This document shows positions 61,368-64,000 of a stretch of 64,000 nucleotides of DNA, in pieces. The stretch comes from Takakia lepidozioides (Eukaryota > Plantae > Bryophyta), in the NCBI GenBank assembly GCA_030704615.1, contig CM060732.1, forward strand, positions 38,874,001 to 38,938,000, in the 5' to 3' direction. Position 1 is the first letter of the stretch, and each line of letters begins with the position of its first letter. Both the position numbers and the translations under genes were made by a program. A model generated the notes under the pieces. The model made no database searches, was not told the origin of the DNA, and was given only the letters and a program-made list of their open reading frames with translations.

Positions 61368-64000
61368 CTACTTCTTCTCAAACACCGGTGGCTGTGGGAC
61401 TGGCTGTCCACCATATCGCAGGCAGATTTTCCGTAAGTATGCCTTCTTCTCCTCATAATTACTGTACAGAGGTCTTGCTACACCAGCTCTCTGGAAACAG
61501 CTTTGCATGTGTGTCCGCAAGTATGAGTGCTCTGATACATGCTTGGTGATGATTTTCTTGTAGACAGTGTGTGATGAGACCAACAGCATCTGCACCCATC
61601 TGCTGACAATGAGGACACAGCTTCATTGGACCAATACACTTCTCAGCCTCAATCTTGGGCTTTTGATTTGTTTGTGTTCTGCTTATGTGGTCTATGGGAC
61701 TCTGTTTTGTTCTACGGAGCCCCTATTGACATTACACATTTTTTATTTACTTCTTTCACTGTCCTCTCTAGTATGTGATCTGAGGTTGATATTATTGCCT
61801 GTTCTGGGACAGCCAATGCCCAGCTGAGGTCATTCATTACACGTATCACAAATACTTGCCAGCACATCTGCAGGAGGCTTGCCTTTCTCTTTTTGTGTTG
61901 TTTACATGTGCTGCCTGGGCGGCTGGCCACAGGTGCTTTGAAGGGATAGGGAACTGAGATTCTATGCAAACGTTTTCCACTCAATTTCGTCACTGACTTT
62001 AAGGTGCTTTCGTAAAGGCAGGCATGCTCTTGGGAGAGAAAACTTACCCTTTTGAGTTCTATCATTCCAAATGTTAGAAGATCTGTTGGTAGGGGCTGGA
62101 ATTCCTCCACTTTCTGCACCCAGAAACCCTGATGTTTTAACGCTGATTCTAAATGATCTTTCCACTTGTGGATAGGGATCTTTCCACTTGTGGATAGGGC
62201 CTGCATGGATGGACCTGAAAAGAAATAAATGTGCAGAAATTGATGTATCCATCAAATTTTTCTGTTAGCTCCTGCAGCTACGCCAAGCACTTCCGGTTGG
62301 CATAACTAAATGCCTCCGATAGCACCGGTCTTTGAAAAGACTCGGTACACTACCTCTAGTCTAGTTCATGAAGAGAACATGCTTGCTGTCCACCTCTATT
62401 TCCTCTATTTAACAAGAGAAAAAGCTGTGATCCTCATGCAGGTTGTGAACAGTACAAAACCTACCTCCTAAGACGAACCCGCCGCTCTAGGTTGTGAACT
62501 GTATACACTGGTGAGGTATGTGGAGTGTCAAAGTAGTCTGGGGGGTGTCAGCGTAAGGTTCTTTAAGGTCACTGAAGCCAATCTCTGTGAATCTAGAGCT
62601 TGAATGTGGAACATGGGTTTGCTCAGGGTAATCTTGGTGTATAAAAATCTGCAGGGTTAAGCAGCTGGGAACACTTGACAGAAGATTCTCAGAAAGAGGT
62701 GGAAGAGGACATACTGCAGAACTCTGCAAAGCATAGATCATGCACACAGCTCCTGCACATGCATCCCAATGTGGCCCAAGAATTTGCCATTTCTGTACAA
62801 CATCCACAAATTCACCTCTTCAGCTTCCTAAGGTGATGAAGGAAATAATGACACCCCTGTTATATTTATACTACTTAGTTCCTAAAACAGGTTGGCCTGG
62901 TTCTCTGACAATACAGAACAGAAGGGACCATTTGATATGGGCGTGAACTGCTATTATAAGTTCACCAAGTCTTGTCTGTTTTCCATCTAACTTGGTGTCT
63001 ACTTTGTTTTCCTTGGTTGACAACCCTGGTAGACAGCCTTGCATTTGACATCCCAAAAGAGGAAGCAAAATTCCCCCCTCTTCTTGCACTGGTGATTGTT
63101 TCATTTATGGGTGAAGACATGTCTTGATTGCTTCCTGCTGCTGTCTCTACTAGAGTAGAACATGGACATGGGTGAGGACCTTGAGGATGTTCTTACAAAA
63201 CTACCTACCCTGAGCACTGGACTGAAATTTGAACAGTAAACAGATGCAGAGAGGAAAAGGGGACTGTATTTGCTGGATGTGCGGGCAGCCCGAAGACAAT
63301 ATCCATTTTCTGTACATTGGCCAGGGTATTCTCACCAGAGAGTGAGCCTTTTCAGGAACATCAAAAACATGTTTCTGCACCTCTGTTCCCTGTTCACCAA
63401 CTTTGAAAATCTAGAGGCTGAGCCAAAGCCCTGGCCTTGTTGGGGTCTAATTGCTGGGCAGCTCACCACATACAGAGCTGCCCAGCAGATTCATGCTTGT
63501 GTGAAGGTTTTTCTAGAGGATTTCTGGAAAGCCCAAACTAATAGTTTATTCATTTATACCAAGGAGTCCCACTACCCATGTGATCCCCTCACAAAGGTAG
63601 TGTCTGTTCCCTTTTGTTCTGCCCAAACTGGATGCAGAATCTATGGTCACAAGGCTACGGCTTAGGGGTACATTCTCTACTAGAGTAGGAACAAAAGCAG
63701 AGAGAAAGCTTTATTTTTAGTAAAACCTTTCCGAATAACAATTAGAACAGTCCATAGAGTCAGGGATCCAATCCCAGTTGAGAAACAATAAGAAACAACC
63801 TGTTCCTGATCAGACATGGCAAAAGCAGCAAGGCATTTAAAGCAGATGTGTGGGTTAGGCACCTTGAAGTAAGGTAGCAAAACTTTCAGCTCTTCTAGCG
63901 CATCTGCCTGGACCCCCCGTTTGGCAGTCTCGACAATTTCCTCCTCATCCCCCTTCTTACCTTTCTTACCCTTGGCATCTGCCTTTCCTGTTTTAGCATC
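61368..64000 (-). CDS. 3' part of an uncharacterised multi-exon gene entering from the right edge
   Basis: Exon-like frames with splice sites: DAKTGKADAKGKKGKKGDEEE...LLPYFK|gt (~63863-64000), HKWKDHLESALKHQGFWVQK...ELKR|gtaag, terminal ...PQPPVFEKK*; exon chain not resolved. Confidence 0.45.
63166..63665 (+). mobile_element. Degenerate copy of the LINE 3' fragment seen at 51020-51718
   Basis: Shared ends (...ttcaccaactttgaaa..ctagaggctgagccaaagcc..., GHKATA). Confidence 0.8.

Noticed and set aside
1-64000. tRNA or rRNA genes
   Set aside because: No cloverleaf or rRNA-like sequence noticed by eye; tRNAscan/Infernal would be needed to exclude them.

Overview
Eukaryotic, intron-containing plant nuclear DNA; a non-seed land plant is my inference from a PLS-type PPR fragment and the TE types. 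It has three zones. (1) 1-17 kb is a patchwork of host genes and gene fragments: thiamine pyrophosphokinase without a visible last exon, an orphan first exon of a STRAP-like WD40 gene, BTB and F-box pseudogenes and a PPR fragment, arranged around a ~1 kb inverted repeat. (2) 17-50 kb is a nested TE cluster. A Dualen/RandI-like LINE carries two 2A-like motifs, APE, RT, a chromodomain-like segment, a PCIF1-like methyltransferase-like segment, RNase H, a CCHC knuckle and a restriction-like endonuclease. It is split by a 15.0 kb Mutator-like DNA transposon (25162-40163, 9-bp TSD CCCACCCCA). LTR-retroelement debris, including a C5-methyltransferase fragment, and a small relative of the Mutator element follow. 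(3) 50-64 kb holds ordinary host genes (DAPB, a trihelix TF, the 3' end of an unknown gene). The main candidate for a new system is the Mutator-like element. Besides its GCM-like/DDE/SWIM transposase it carries a spliced gene for a ParB-like domain fused to a beta-class N4/N6 DNA methyltransferase-like domain. It also holds roughly 35-40 copies of a 16-bp palindrome, ATTTCGGCGCCGAAAT, which resembles bacterial parS/Noc-binding sites. The copies are spaced ~63-65 bp apart, cluster upstream of each element gene and also occur in introns. This copy is decayed, with frameshifts and stops. All domain calls are by-eye motif recognition, not database searches.
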